This document shows positions 1-8,215 of a stretch of 64,000 nucleotides of DNA, in pieces. The first letter of the stretch is position 1. Every line of letters begins with the position of its first letter. The stretch comes from Candidatus Omnitrophota bacterium. GTDB taxonomy: Bacteria; Omnitrophota; Gorgyraeia; Gygaellales; Profunditerraquicolaceae. The stretch spans positions 9,504-73,503 of the forward strand of contig JAPLLW010000011.1 of assembly GCA_026387355.1 (NCBI GenBank), in the 5' to 3' direction. The translations under genes were made by a program, and so were the position numbers. Below the pieces are notes generated by a model. The model saw nothing but the letters and a program-made list of their open reading frames with translations. It searched no databases and was not told the DNA's origin.

Positions 1-603
1 GGACAATTCCCTGGCAAAGTCTTCGTCTTCAACTAATCTTATTCCATTAGTATTAAGCATCAAATGACGTATTTTCTTAGACTTAGCCAGTTCTATTATT
101 TTGAATATTTCAGGATGCAAGGTCGGCTCGCCACCACTGATTTGCAATACCTCGGGATGGCCTTCATAACGCACATATTGATTCAACATAAAATCTATTG
201 TCTCTAAATCTAGGAATTTATGCCCCTGCGCCTGCGCATAGCAGCTTGCGCAGCAAAGATTACAGTCATCAGTTACTTCAAGTAGAGCCAAACAGGTATG
301 CTGCTGGTGGTTAGGACAAATTCCGCAATCATCGGGACACCCTAGCTTTATTACGCTTCCGTATTCAAGTGGGCTTTGCCCCGGCTTATTAAAGGCTAAG
401 CTATGCGTGTACATATTAATATCAGAAGAGATTAGTGCTTCGAATTCTCCGTGCTCAAAACAACGTTTAAACATATACACTTTATCATTCCTAACCCTGA
501 TCTGAGCATCAAGGGTTTTCTTGCACACAGGACAGATTGAACGTGTTAATTCTAAGAAAATATAATCTTTTTCTTTTTGTGTTTGTTGGATAATTTTAGT
601 CAT
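1..603 (-). CDS. Radical SAM protein of the Tes/GDGT-MAS (MJ0619)-like family; N-terminal 201 aa only, runs off the window edge
   Basis: Not in ORF track; translated by hand from ATG at 603: MTKIIQQ...TRSICPVCKK...KRCFEHGEFE...GCPDDCGICPNHQQHTCLALLEVTDDCNLCCASCYA...ISGGEPTLHP...NTNG. Has the CxxxCxxC SAM motif, GGEP motif, N-terminal CxxC..CxxH and CxxxCGxCxxH clusters. Confidence 0.88.
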   Translation of the reverse strand, partial: MTKIIQQTQKEKDYIFLELTRSICPVCKKTLDAQIRVRNDKVYMFKRCFEHGEFEALISSDINMYTHSLAFNKPGQSPLEYGSVIKLGCPDDCGICPNHQQHTCLALLEVTDDCNLCCASCYAQAQGHKFLDLETIDFMLNQYVRYEGHPEVLQISGGEPTLHPEIFKIIELAKSKKIRHLMLNTNGIRLVEDEDFARELS

Positions 604-608
604 CTAAG

Positions 609-782
609 TTAATGTGGCCTCAAAATACCTGTTACTGACAACATACAAGTACCTAATAAAACTAACGGAACAAGCAAAATAATGGCAACGATTCCTATTG
701 AAATCGCTTTAATAATTTTTGAATCGGTAAAATATGCTAGTATTAATAGTAAGATGACTACTGCGACAATTACGTGAAACAT
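609..782 (-). CDS. 57-aa two-TM membrane protein with PLVLLGTC motif (not in ORF track)
   Basis: Hand translation MFHVIVAVVILLLILAYFTDSKIIKAISIGIVAIILLVPLVLLGTCMLSVTGILRPH*; GAGGGGG RBS upstream; motif shared with 844..1137 and 1744..2040. Confidence 0.85.
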   Translation of the reverse strand: MFHVIVAVVILLLILAYFTDSKIIKAISIGIVAIILLVPLVLLGTCMLSVTGILRPH

Positions 783-843
783 AGTTGCTACCCCCTCATT
801 CTAAAAAGATTAAGGAAAATACATTTTTGTTTCAGGATTTTAT

Positions 844-1137
844 TCATCGCATAGGTACAAATAAGCTTCTTAAAGATGATCCTCCTACTGCCAAAAGGCA
901 TGTCCCAAGAAATACTAAAGGTATTAATACTAAAGCTATAAGAATAGCAATTAATATCTTTCTTGTACCAGCACTTTCCTTTATCTTCTTCAATATATTG
1001 CTACCACCTAATATCGCTATAATCAAGATAGAACAGATTACCCAAACTAGAAAACCGCTACCATTCCAATTTTGTATTAACCCATTTAAAAAAGCTACAA
1101 CAAAAAGCAATAACACAAAAATTGTTTTTCGATTCAT
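844..1137 (-). CDS. Small membrane protein with PLVFLGTC motif
   Basis: 97 aa, three hydrophobic segments, AAGGAG RBS, near-C-terminal PLVFLGTC. Confidence 0.85.
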   Translation of the reverse strand: MNRKTIFVLLLFVVAFLNGLIQNWNGSGFLVWVICSILIIAILGGSNILKKIKESAGTRKILIAILIALVLIPLVFLGTCLLAVGGSSLRSLFVPMR

Positions 1138-1151
1138 ATTATCTCCTTTCT

Positions 1152-1718
1152 TTAGAAAATAAACGGAATTAGCATCTTAGTATCTTTAATATACTCCTCA
1201 TATTCTGGAAGCGCTACTTTAAGCATCTCTTCTTCTTTCTTAGACCTTAAGTAGTAAAGAAACGTGACTATAGGCGTATATAAAATTATAAAATAGTTAG
1301 AAATAAGCAAACCGGAACCCAGCACAACCAGGATCATAAAGAAATACATCGGGTGCCTTACCATTTTATACGGGCCAGCTTTAACTAAGCTATGCCCTTC
1401 TTTAATTGCCGCGGAGATTGCCCAATTTTGTTTTAAATAAAGGATGGCTGCAATATAGCCGCTTACACCTATAAGCATAATCGCTAGTCCAAGAAGTTGC
1501 GCAATAACATTGGCTTTATATGTTCCGAAATAAACGCGAACTGAGAACCAGCCAAAGACCACTAAATATGGCGCAACAACTTGGAGCCTTGCAATTAAAC
1601 CCCCGCTTTGTTTGTGTTTACCCCTAAAGCGAATCTGCGCAATAATCGCAACGATTAATAAAAACCCCCAAATATCTTTAAAAATTAATTCTGCCTTATA
1701 TTGAGAAATCATATTCAC
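1152..1718 (-). CDS. Isoprenylcysteine carboxyl methyltransferase (ICMT/PEMT) family membrane methyltransferase
   Basis: H-x-L-V-x-x-GPY-x-x-VRHPMY and KKEEEML...Y-x-x-Y...IPFIF motifs; start may be ATG at 1712. Confidence 0.85.
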   Translation of the reverse strand: MNMISQYKAELIFKDIWGFLLIVAIIAQIRFRGKHKQSGGLIARLQVVAPYLVVFGWFSVRVYFGTYKANVIAQLLGLAIMLIGVSGYIAAILYLKQNWAISAAIKEGHSLVKAGPYKMVRHPMYFFMILVVLGSGLLISNYFIILYTPIVTFLYYLRSKKEEEMLKVALPEYEEYIKDTKMLIPFIF

Positions 1719-1743
1719 CTCATAAATAACAACTTAGCAAGAA

Positions 1744-2040
1744 TCAATAAAACCATTTTAAAAAACATGTACCTAAAAGTACAAGGGGAAAACTAATCAT
1801 TGCGAATAGAAAACCTATACCTATGTATTTTCTTTTTTTGCCGAAATAGTTAACAAGAAGTAAACTTAATATAAGAAAAACTGGATATCCTATTGAACCT
1901 AACGGGTTAAAAATATGAAAACTCGTTGTCAAATACCTTACCAGGTACAAAATTAGACCTATCCCACCAGGTATTATCAAAAAACCTACTAAAAAGTCAA
2001 TTACCTTTTCACTCGTCTTTTCATAGATCTTTTTCTCCAT
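1744..2040 (-). CDS. Small membrane protein with PLVLLGTC motif
   Basis: 98 aa, three TM segments, GGGAGGGAG RBS, ends KKRKY-hydrophobic-PLVLLGTCFLKWFY. Confidence 0.85.
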   Translation of the reverse strand: MEKKIYEKTSEKVIDFLVGFLIIPGGIGLILYLVRYLTTSFHIFNPLGSIGYPVFLILSLLLVNYFGKKRKYIGIGFLFAMISFPLVLLGTCFLKWFY

Positions 2041-2081
2041 TTTTCTCCCTCCCTTCTATACTAGCTATCTTCTCTAACCTC

Positions 2082-2630
2082 TTATTCCTTTTTACTACCT
2101 TCAAGTTTTTTTGTGATTAATACCAGATTGAGATCTGCTATGATCTCTGTAGCTATTTTGGAATAGCTATCCGTTCCATAGGCCCGATAAACCTTACCCC
2201 ACCTTCCTTTATCAGTAGAATATGATACATGAATGTCCGTTCCCTCAACCTTATGGGTCCCTCCATTAAATCCATCATTAGGAATTAAACCAAAAAAGAA
2301 ATATTTTGTACCCTCATTTTTCTTAAAATGCTTAATTCTAAGCCTTGCTGCTAAATCAGCTCCTTTGGGAGACGCAACGATTGTATATCCCCTTTCCACC
2401 AACTTTCCTTTAAGATGCCTCTCAAAATCCCCTAAAACAGCCCCTTGGTCCTTAGGGTCCCCTGATAATTCAAAATAAATAGTGTCAATTGCACTGCCGG
2501 ACTTCATCTGAATCCTGTCAAACAAATAATCATCCGCCGTAAAGGTAATCCAAGTACAGCCAGTTGCAATTAAATAAAATATTACCGATAAAAATAAACC
2601 CGCAAAAAGTGCTTTTCTAGTAAAATTCAT
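2082..2630 (-). CDS. Putative lipoprotein of unknown function
   Basis: N-terminal signal with lipobox IATG-C25; start overlaps stop of the lgt-like gene (ATGA). Confidence 0.7.
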   Translation of the reverse strand: MNFTRKALFAGLFLSVIFYLIATGCTWITFTADDYLFDRIQMKSGSAIDTIYFELSGDPKDQGAVLGDFERHLKGKLVERGYTIVASPKGADLAARLRIKHFKKNEGTKYFFFGLIPNDGFNGGTHKVEGTDIHVSYSTDKGRWGKVYRAYGTDSYSKIATEIIADLNLVLITKKLEGSKKE

Positions 2631-3343
2631 TTTAATCTCCGGTTTGTTTTCAGAAAATACCCTGCCAGAATAATAAAAATAGAGCCTGTTATAAGCTGGG
2701 CCAAACTTAAATTAAATATTGAATTAACTGTATCTGCGCGCAAAAACTCTACCCAAAACCTAAAAAAACAATACGCAAGTAAGAATATCTTAAATAAATC
2801 CCCTTCTTTTCTTTCTTTCTCTCGCACTGACCATAAATATAAAAAGAGTATTAAACAAAAAATTGACTCATAAATCTGCGTAGGATGCCTTATCGCGCCT
2901 TTATAAAATATCCCCCAAGGTAAACAAGTAGGAACCCCATAACAGCAACCATTTAGAAAACAACCAATTCTTCCTATGGCAATACCAAGCGCTAACCCTG
3001 GTGCGAATAAATCACCTGTAGAGCGTTTTACTTTTAGAATCCTCTTAGCAATTATTACCCCAATATATCCGCCAATTAAACCACCAACAATAGTTTTCCC
3101 CCCTACTTCGGGAAAAAGTATAGCCAATGGATTATTAATATAGAAATCAGGGTATACAAATAAGGCTGAGCCTAGCTTACTGCCTATCAATCCACCTAAT
3201 AAAGCAGCAAAAACAATATACAAAACGTTCTCCGAGTTATATTCTTTACGTTTTGCCTCAAGGTAAATAACAAACCCTGCTGCGCTGTATGCCAACACGC
3301 TAAATAAACTATATGCTATTCTTCCGTATAATTGACTATACAT
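2627..3343 (-). CDS. lgt: Prolipoprotein diacylglyceryl transferase (Lgt) family paralogue
   Basis: GGKTIVGGLIGG, GRIGCFLNGCCYG, HPTQIYE and RFWVEFLR motifs of the Lgt family. Confidence 0.85.
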   Translation of the reverse strand: MYSQLYGRIAYSLFSVLAYSAAGFVIYLEAKRKEYNSENVLYIVFAALLGGLIGSKLGSALFVYPDFYINNPLAILFPEVGGKTIVGGLIGGYIGVIIAKRILKVKRSTGDLFAPGLALGIAIGRIGCFLNGCCYGVPTCLPWGIFYKGAIRHPTQIYESIFCLILFLYLWSVREKERKEGDLFKIFLLAYCFFRFWVEFLRADTVNSIFNLSLAQLITGSIFIILAGYFLKTNRRLK

Positions 3344-3365
3344 AATGAACTTTTATTACGAACAT

Positions 3366-4130
3366 CTAACCTGTTTGTGCCATAATAGCTGGGTACATCG
3401 TAACTGCAAACCAGCTTTTTATTTCACGAACAAATTCTTCTTTTGAGTCTTTCATCAAATACTCTGCGTGCGAACCATTCTTGATAATAACAAGCTTCTT
3501 ATTTGATTGAGTTTGCTCAAAAAGGATTTTAGAATGCCACGGCTTAACTACCCAGTCTTTCTCTCCGTGAATATAACAAACCGGAATATTTACTCTATCT
3601 ATATTATCAATTGGTTTTTGTTTTTTACGCCAGAAAACCCCTGGCCTAAAACCTCTCCCTTTTAGCCCGTCCGGAGTAAATAAGGTATACGCCAGGTCGC
3701 CCTTCAGATCTAAATTCCAGAAATTATAATCAATTTTATCGGGATCTGATGCAGCGCTTACGCAGATTAACGAATCAACTCGCTTGCCTTGCGCTAAGAA
3801 ATTAATTGCTACGCTTGCTCCCAATGAAAAGGCAATTAACCCGGTTTTCTTATATTTACCTTCTATATACTCTAGGACTGCTTTTAGATCTTTCCCTTCA
3901 TTGCTTATCCAGCTAAAAAGACCACCGCTCTTTCCATGTCCCCTAAAGTCAAACATAAATACGTCATATTCGTCAATGAGCCTGTTTTTTAACTCTTGGA
4001 GCAAAACCGCGTCTTTACTATTGTAAAACCCATGCGCAATTATAATAATCCTATCATGATTATTCAGCGCATGCTCATAAGCAATCTTCTGACTATCTTG
4101 CGTTATTAAATTACCTTTCAGTAATTTCAT
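3366..4130 (-). CDS. Alpha/beta-fold hydrolase
   Basis: IAHGF, DFRGHGKS, nucleophile elbow AFSLG, HGEKD, GSH. Confidence 0.85.
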   Translation of the reverse strand: MKLLKGNLITQDSQKIAYEHALNNHDRIIIIAHGFYNSKDAVLLQELKNRLIDEYDVFMFDFRGHGKSGGLFSWISNEGKDLKAVLEYIEGKYKKTGLIAFSLGASVAINFLAQGKRVDSLICVSAASDPDKIDYNFWNLDLKGDLAYTLFTPDGLKGRGFRPGVFWRKKQKPIDNIDRVNIPVCYIHGEKDWVVKPWHSKILFEQTQSNKKLVIIKNGSHAEYLMKDSKEEFVREIKSWFAVTMYPAIMAQTG

Positions 4131-4143
4131 GATAATTCCCGCG

Positions 4144-5847
4144 TTATTTATTTACCATTTCCGATACAGCTTTTCTTTTTATCTTCCGGGAAGCTGTTTT
4201 GGGAAGCTCAGCGTTCCAAATTTCAAAATCTACTATTCTTTTATAATCAGCAAGATTTTCGCTAAGGCGAGAAATATCTTTCGAGATCTTATCCTTAATC
4301 TTCTGCGCATCTGTATGCTCGCCTTGCTCAAACGCATCAAGATTAGGGACAATTACGGCATAAACCTCTTCGCAGCCTTGACGCATTCCTCTCGTAGCGA
4401 TTCTACCCAAAACACAAATCTCCTTAATTAAAGGGCTCCTACCCATCACATCTTCTACTTCTTCAGGAAATACTTTTTTTCCTGCCCCAAGTACAATCAG
4501 GTTTCTAATTCTTCCTGAAATGTATAAAAATCCGTCTTTATCAAAATATCCTAAATCGCCCGTATGAAACCAGCCGTACTTAATAACTTCCGCTGTCTTC
4601 TCAGGGCTCTGAAAATACCCTTTCATGACATGATTACCCCTGGTTAATATCTCTCCGTCTTTAGAGCTATCATTTTCTTTTAGTATTTTAACCTTTGCCC
4701 CTGGAAGCGCTTTCCCAACCGAACCAAACCTGCTCTGCTTATAAGTATTAACTGTTATAACAGGAGAGGTTTCAGTTAGGCCGTAACCTTGCAATACCCT
4801 AAAGCCTAAAGCATTAAAATTTATCTCGACATCTATATTTAATGGCGCCCCTCCGCTCATAAAGCTATGTAGTGACCCGCCGAACTGCTGTTGTACGCTC
4901 CAAAATAATAAACAGCCTATCCTAATATTAAACTTAAGCAAACTTTTTGATAAACTCAATAAGCTATTAAAGATTTTTTGCTTATACGCGGGCATCTTAG
5001 CCGCCTTATCCATAATTCCATCGTGGAGCATCTTTAATACAAGCGGCACGCAAATCATCATCACTGTGTGTGTCTCTTGCATAAGTGAAATTATGCGGGT
5101 AGGTTTTACGCTATCGCAGTATGTAATACAGGCGCCGGCATATAAAGGAGAGATAAGCCCTCCAGTTAACTCAAGCGTATGGTTTAATGGCAGGATAGAA
5201 AGAAACTGCTCGCCAATCTTATAATTGATTATTTCACTTAAGGACCTGACCTGAAACATTAAATTCCTAAAAGTAAGCTCAACGCCCTTGGCTGATCCTG
5301 TAGTACCTGAGGTATATATTATTAACGCGGTATCTTCCTCGTGTATCGGCCGGTTCTTATTTTCTTCACTGACAAGTTTCAGATCTTTTAGCTTAATTAT
5401 ATCTTGCCTCTGACTATCATCTATGACAATAACATATTTTAATTCCGGCAGATTTGTCCTTATTTTATCAATAAGCTCCAAATGCTTTTCGCTAACGAAT
5501 ATGCATTTAGTCTGGCTATTACTTAGTATAAACTGCACTTCAGCTTCACTAAGCTTAACATCTACAGGCACAACTATAGCAGCGGCACAAACAATGCCGA
5601 AAAAAGCTACTGACCATTCAGGCCTATTCTCCGAATATATTGCGATTTTGTCATCTTTAACTATACCTAATTTTATAAGATTAGAAGAAACATCAACTGT
5701 TCTCCTGCCTAATTCCACATAAGAGATTTTTCTAAATGACCCGTCTTTCTCTTTTATCTGAACGGCCGTAATGTCGCCATAATTCTTATTTATCGCCTCC
5801 ATAATATCAATTATAGTAACGGTATTTAAGCTTATTTTCTTTTTCAT
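4144..5847 (-). CDS. Long-chain fatty-acid--CoA ligase (AMP-binding enzyme)
   Basis: YTSGTTGSAKG, QGYGLTE and FHTGDLG motifs. Confidence 0.9.
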   Translation of the reverse strand: MKKKISLNTVTIIDIMEAINKNYGDITAVQIKEKDGSFRKISYVELGRRTVDVSSNLIKLGIVKDDKIAIYSENRPEWSVAFFGIVCAAAIVVPVDVKLSEAEVQFILSNSQTKCIFVSEKHLELIDKIRTNLPELKYVIVIDDSQRQDIIKLKDLKLVSEENKNRPIHEEDTALIIYTSGTTGSAKGVELTFRNLMFQVRSLSEIINYKIGEQFLSILPLNHTLELTGGLISPLYAGACITYCDSVKPTRIISLMQETHTVMMICVPLVLKMLHDGIMDKAAKMPAYKQKIFNSLLSLSKSLLKFNIRIGCLLFWSVQQQFGGSLHSFMSGGAPLNIDVEINFNALGFRVLQGYGLTETSPVITVNTYKQSRFGSVGKALPGAKVKILKENDSSKDGEILTRGNHVMKGYFQSPEKTAEVIKYGWFHTGDLGYFDKDGFLYISGRIRNLIVLGAGKKVFPEEVEDVMGRSPLIKEICVLGRIATRGMRQGCEEVYAVIVPNLDAFEQGEHTDAQKIKDKISKDISRLSENLADYKRIVDFEIWNAELPKTASRKIKRKAVSEMVNK

Positions 5848-6587
5848 TGTTTATCGTGCTCTCTTCTTTCTTTTGTGGATTCGGCAGGAACACCCGCATA
5901 GACACTATGCGGCTCAACCTGCTTGTTTTTCCCCAATACAGCCCCTGCAGTAATAAAAGCACCGTCTCCGATCTCTGCTCCTGCTAAAACTACAGAATTT
6001 AGGCCGATAACCACATTTTTGCCAATTTTAACTTTGCGCAATATTAACCTGTTACGCTCAAAAGAATGGCCGATTACCGTTGCATGGCCCCCTATAACAG
6101 TATTATCCCCTATCTCAAGCAGGGATAAATCTGCGCAGATCTTTGAGTTGATTTGCACGTTCTTACCGACTTTAGCCCCCATTAGACGGAAAAATAATGC
6201 CGCGATAGGAGTAAGCAGGATAAAATCCATAAATGTAATCGAAACTATTATATACAGCGCATTAATAAACATCCACCGCATCATACCTATGGAAGCTACG
6301 CGATACTCTCCTTCTTTAAGATTCAATCTTAATACTATTCTTAATAACCCCAGTATAGAAATTAAGCTAAACCCGTAAACAAAATAAGCCAAAACTAAGC
6401 TAACGCAAAGCAACCAAACACGTAAAACAATAAAATAAACAACGGTGTGAGTCCATACATAATAGATCAACAAAACACCTGGGAAGATTGCCGAACCAAT
6501 AACTAAGATACCTATCAGATGAAGACAGGCTACGAATAAAAGCTGTAACATTGTCGTAAACAAAGCCTTAACTTTAACAGTCACCAT
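5844..6587 (-). CDS. Membrane-anchored hexapeptide-repeat (LbH) acyltransferase-like protein
   Basis: N-terminal TM helices, then MGAKVGKNV / IGDNTVIGG / IGKNVVIG repeats and terminal YAGVPA; AAGGAGG RBS. Confidence 0.8.
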   Translation of the reverse strand: MVTVKVKALFTTMLQLLFVACLHLIGILVIGSAIFPGVLLIYYVWTHTVVYFIVLRVWLLCVSLVLAYFVYGFSLISILGLLRIVLRLNLKEGEYRVASIGMMRWMFINALYIIVSITFMDFILLTPIAALFFRLMGAKVGKNVQINSKICADLSLLEIGDNTVIGGHATVIGHSFERNRLILRKVKIGKNVVIGLNSVVLAGAEIGDGAFITAGAVLGKNKQVEPHSVYAGVPAESTKERREHDKQ

Positions 6588-6662
6588 TTAAAACCTCCTT
6601 GCACAATAAGTGCACACCGACTTATTCGATAAGACCGGGCGTTATTTAACAATCGCATAATA

Positions 6663-7154
6663 TTATACCCTGTTATCAAAATTACTCTTTGATAATTTAG
6701 CGCACCATTTCTCAAGAACATGTGCAAGCTGACTTAATTCACCTTGATTTAAAAGCTTAGCTAACTCTTGTATTTTCCTATAATAACCAGGCCACAATTG
6801 ATCAAGCAGATCCGAACCCTTTTGGCTGATTTTCACTAAGTTAACCCTTCTATCGCCTTTTAAATTTAAACGCTCAATAAAACCTTCTTTTTCTAATTTA
6901 TCAATAAGCCGCGTCATATTTGATGCAGTGACTACCAGATGCCTGCCAATCTCGATTTGACTTATCCCCTCATCTCTACCCTTGTGCTTTATGACCATCA
7001 TAGCATTAAACTTTGCCGGAGTGAGGTTATGGGGTCTTAAAATATCAGAAATAACTTTTTCTATGAGGGTAAAGGTGCGTGCCACTCCGTATATCGAGCC
7101 TTCCAATAAACTATTTTTGTATATGTCTACCCCAAACTGCCTAAGCGGTTCCAT
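6663..7154 (-). CDS. MarR family transcriptional regulator
   Basis: Winged HTH with TASNMTRLIDKLEKEGFIER and DRR motifs. Confidence 0.9.
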   Translation of the reverse strand: MEPLRQFGVDIYKNSLLEGSIYGVARTFTLIEKVISDILRPHNLTPAKFNAMMVIKHKGRDEGISQIEIGRHLVVTASNMTRLIDKLEKEGFIERLNLKGDRRVNLVKISQKGSDLLDQLWPGYYRKIQELAKLLNQGELSQLAHVLEKWCAKLSKSNFDNRV

Positions 7155-7182
7155 TTATTAGCTAACCTCCTTACCTAAATAT

Positions 7183-7211
7183 AGTTTACTATGCAATAGT
7201 TGACTTGTCAA
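7183..7211 (-). promoter_or_regulatory. Sigma70-type promoter of marR operon, overlapped by short palindromes (possible MarR operator)
   Basis: TTGACA (7206-7211), 17-nt spacer, TAAACT (7183-7188); palindromes TTGAC-TT-GTCAA and ATAGT-TT-ACTAT overlap the boxes. Confidence 0.7.
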
Positions 7212-7224
7212 GTATATCTGTACA

Positions 7225-7257
7225 AAATAAACGAGAGGCTATAAAGCCCCCCGTTTT
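7225..7257 (-). terminator. Intrinsic terminator after tRNA-Phe
   Basis: Minus strand AACGGGGGGCT-TTAT-AGCCTCTCGTT followed by TATTTT. Confidence 0.65.
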
Positions 7258-7263
7258 ATAAAA

Positions 7264-7335
7264 TGCCGAGGAGAAGAATCGAACTTCCCACGCCGGCCTT
7301 TTCAGGGCCGCGCTCTACCACTGAGCTACCTCGGC
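7264..7335 (-). tRNA. tRNA-Phe(GAA), CCA not encoded
   Basis: Cloverleaf: acceptor GCCGAGG/CCTCGGC, D-arm GCTCAGTGGTAGAGC, anticodon loop CTGAAAA, T-loop TTCGATT. Confidence 0.95.
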
Positions 7336-7425
7336 GAATGATTCTTAAGGAATATCTATTTTTACCACAAAAAAAGGAAATTTCAAGGATTACTTAATCT
7401 CTTTCCTAGAGAAAGCCCTCGCCAA

Positions 7426-7920
7426 TTATTTATAATTCTTGGCAGTTAAGAACCATTCTATTAACTGCTTTAATGTATTGTTAACTTCAGGGCTTAAGCC
7501 CTCACCAAAAGAAATAACCTTTGGCTGAATTGCCAAAACCATTATATCAACCTTAAAACTGTTTTTCAAATAACTGATGGCAAGCGATATGGACGCATCG
7601 TGGGTCGAAAAAAAGTTTACTGTTTGAATATCTTCTCCTTCGTACATCCTGAATTCACCGGGAGAGCCTCCAAAATCCACTGCGTCAATTATTAAAACAG
7701 TATCCGGCTTATCTTTTATAATCTTTCCAAGATAATTCTCAGGGCTTGAACTTGAGTCATAGACAATATAAGGCACCTTACCTTCTATAGCCGAAGCCAG
7801 CATTGATCCAATGCCATCGTCGCTACATAAGGTATTTCCTATACCTAAAACCAAAACTTTGCCGGTAAGATGTAACTTGAGATGCTCTAAGGCGCCTAAA
7901 TGTTCAGAACTTTTTTCCAT
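7426..7920 (-). CDS. hycI: Hydrogenase maturation endopeptidase (HycI-like)
   Basis: LGIGNTLCSDDGIG, PEN, IIDAVDFG and STH motifs. Confidence 0.88.
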   Translation of the reverse strand: MEKSSEHLGALEHLKLHLTGKVLVLGIGNTLCSDDGIGSMLASAIEGKVPYIVYDSSSSPENYLGKIIKDKPDTVLIIDAVDFGGSPGEFRMYEGEDIQTVNFFSTHDASISLAISYLKNSFKVDIMVLAIQPKVISFGEGLSPEVNNTLKQLIEWFLTAKNYK

Positions 7921-8215
7921 GACGGTGGGGCCGGGTCTTATTATACTTTATCTTCTTTAGCAGCGCTTTTTCCAGGTTTATCTTTCTTGAGCCGCAATAA
8001 TCAAATATACGAATACAGCAATCCGCTAGTTCTTCGGCTATATCTTCCTGCTTACCATCCTTACGCATCGCCTCCAACGCCTCAGATAGCTCGGAATGCA
8101 TAAGCGCAATTAACTCTCCATCATTACGCGCATCCATCCACCAACCCTTAGATTTAGCAACTCTATGGCAAACTTTAATGAAATCATTTACCGAAAGTTT
8201 TCTTTTCTCTAACAT
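7904..8215 (-). CDS. MazG-like nucleotide pyrophosphohydrolase
   Basis: HSELSEALEA...EELAD...KIKYNKTR pattern. Confidence 0.8.
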   Translation of the reverse strand: MLEKRKLSVNDFIKVCHRVAKSKGWWMDARNDGELIALMHSELSEALEAMRKDGKQEDIAEELADCCIRIFDYCGSRKINLEKALLKKIKYNKTRPHRHGKKF

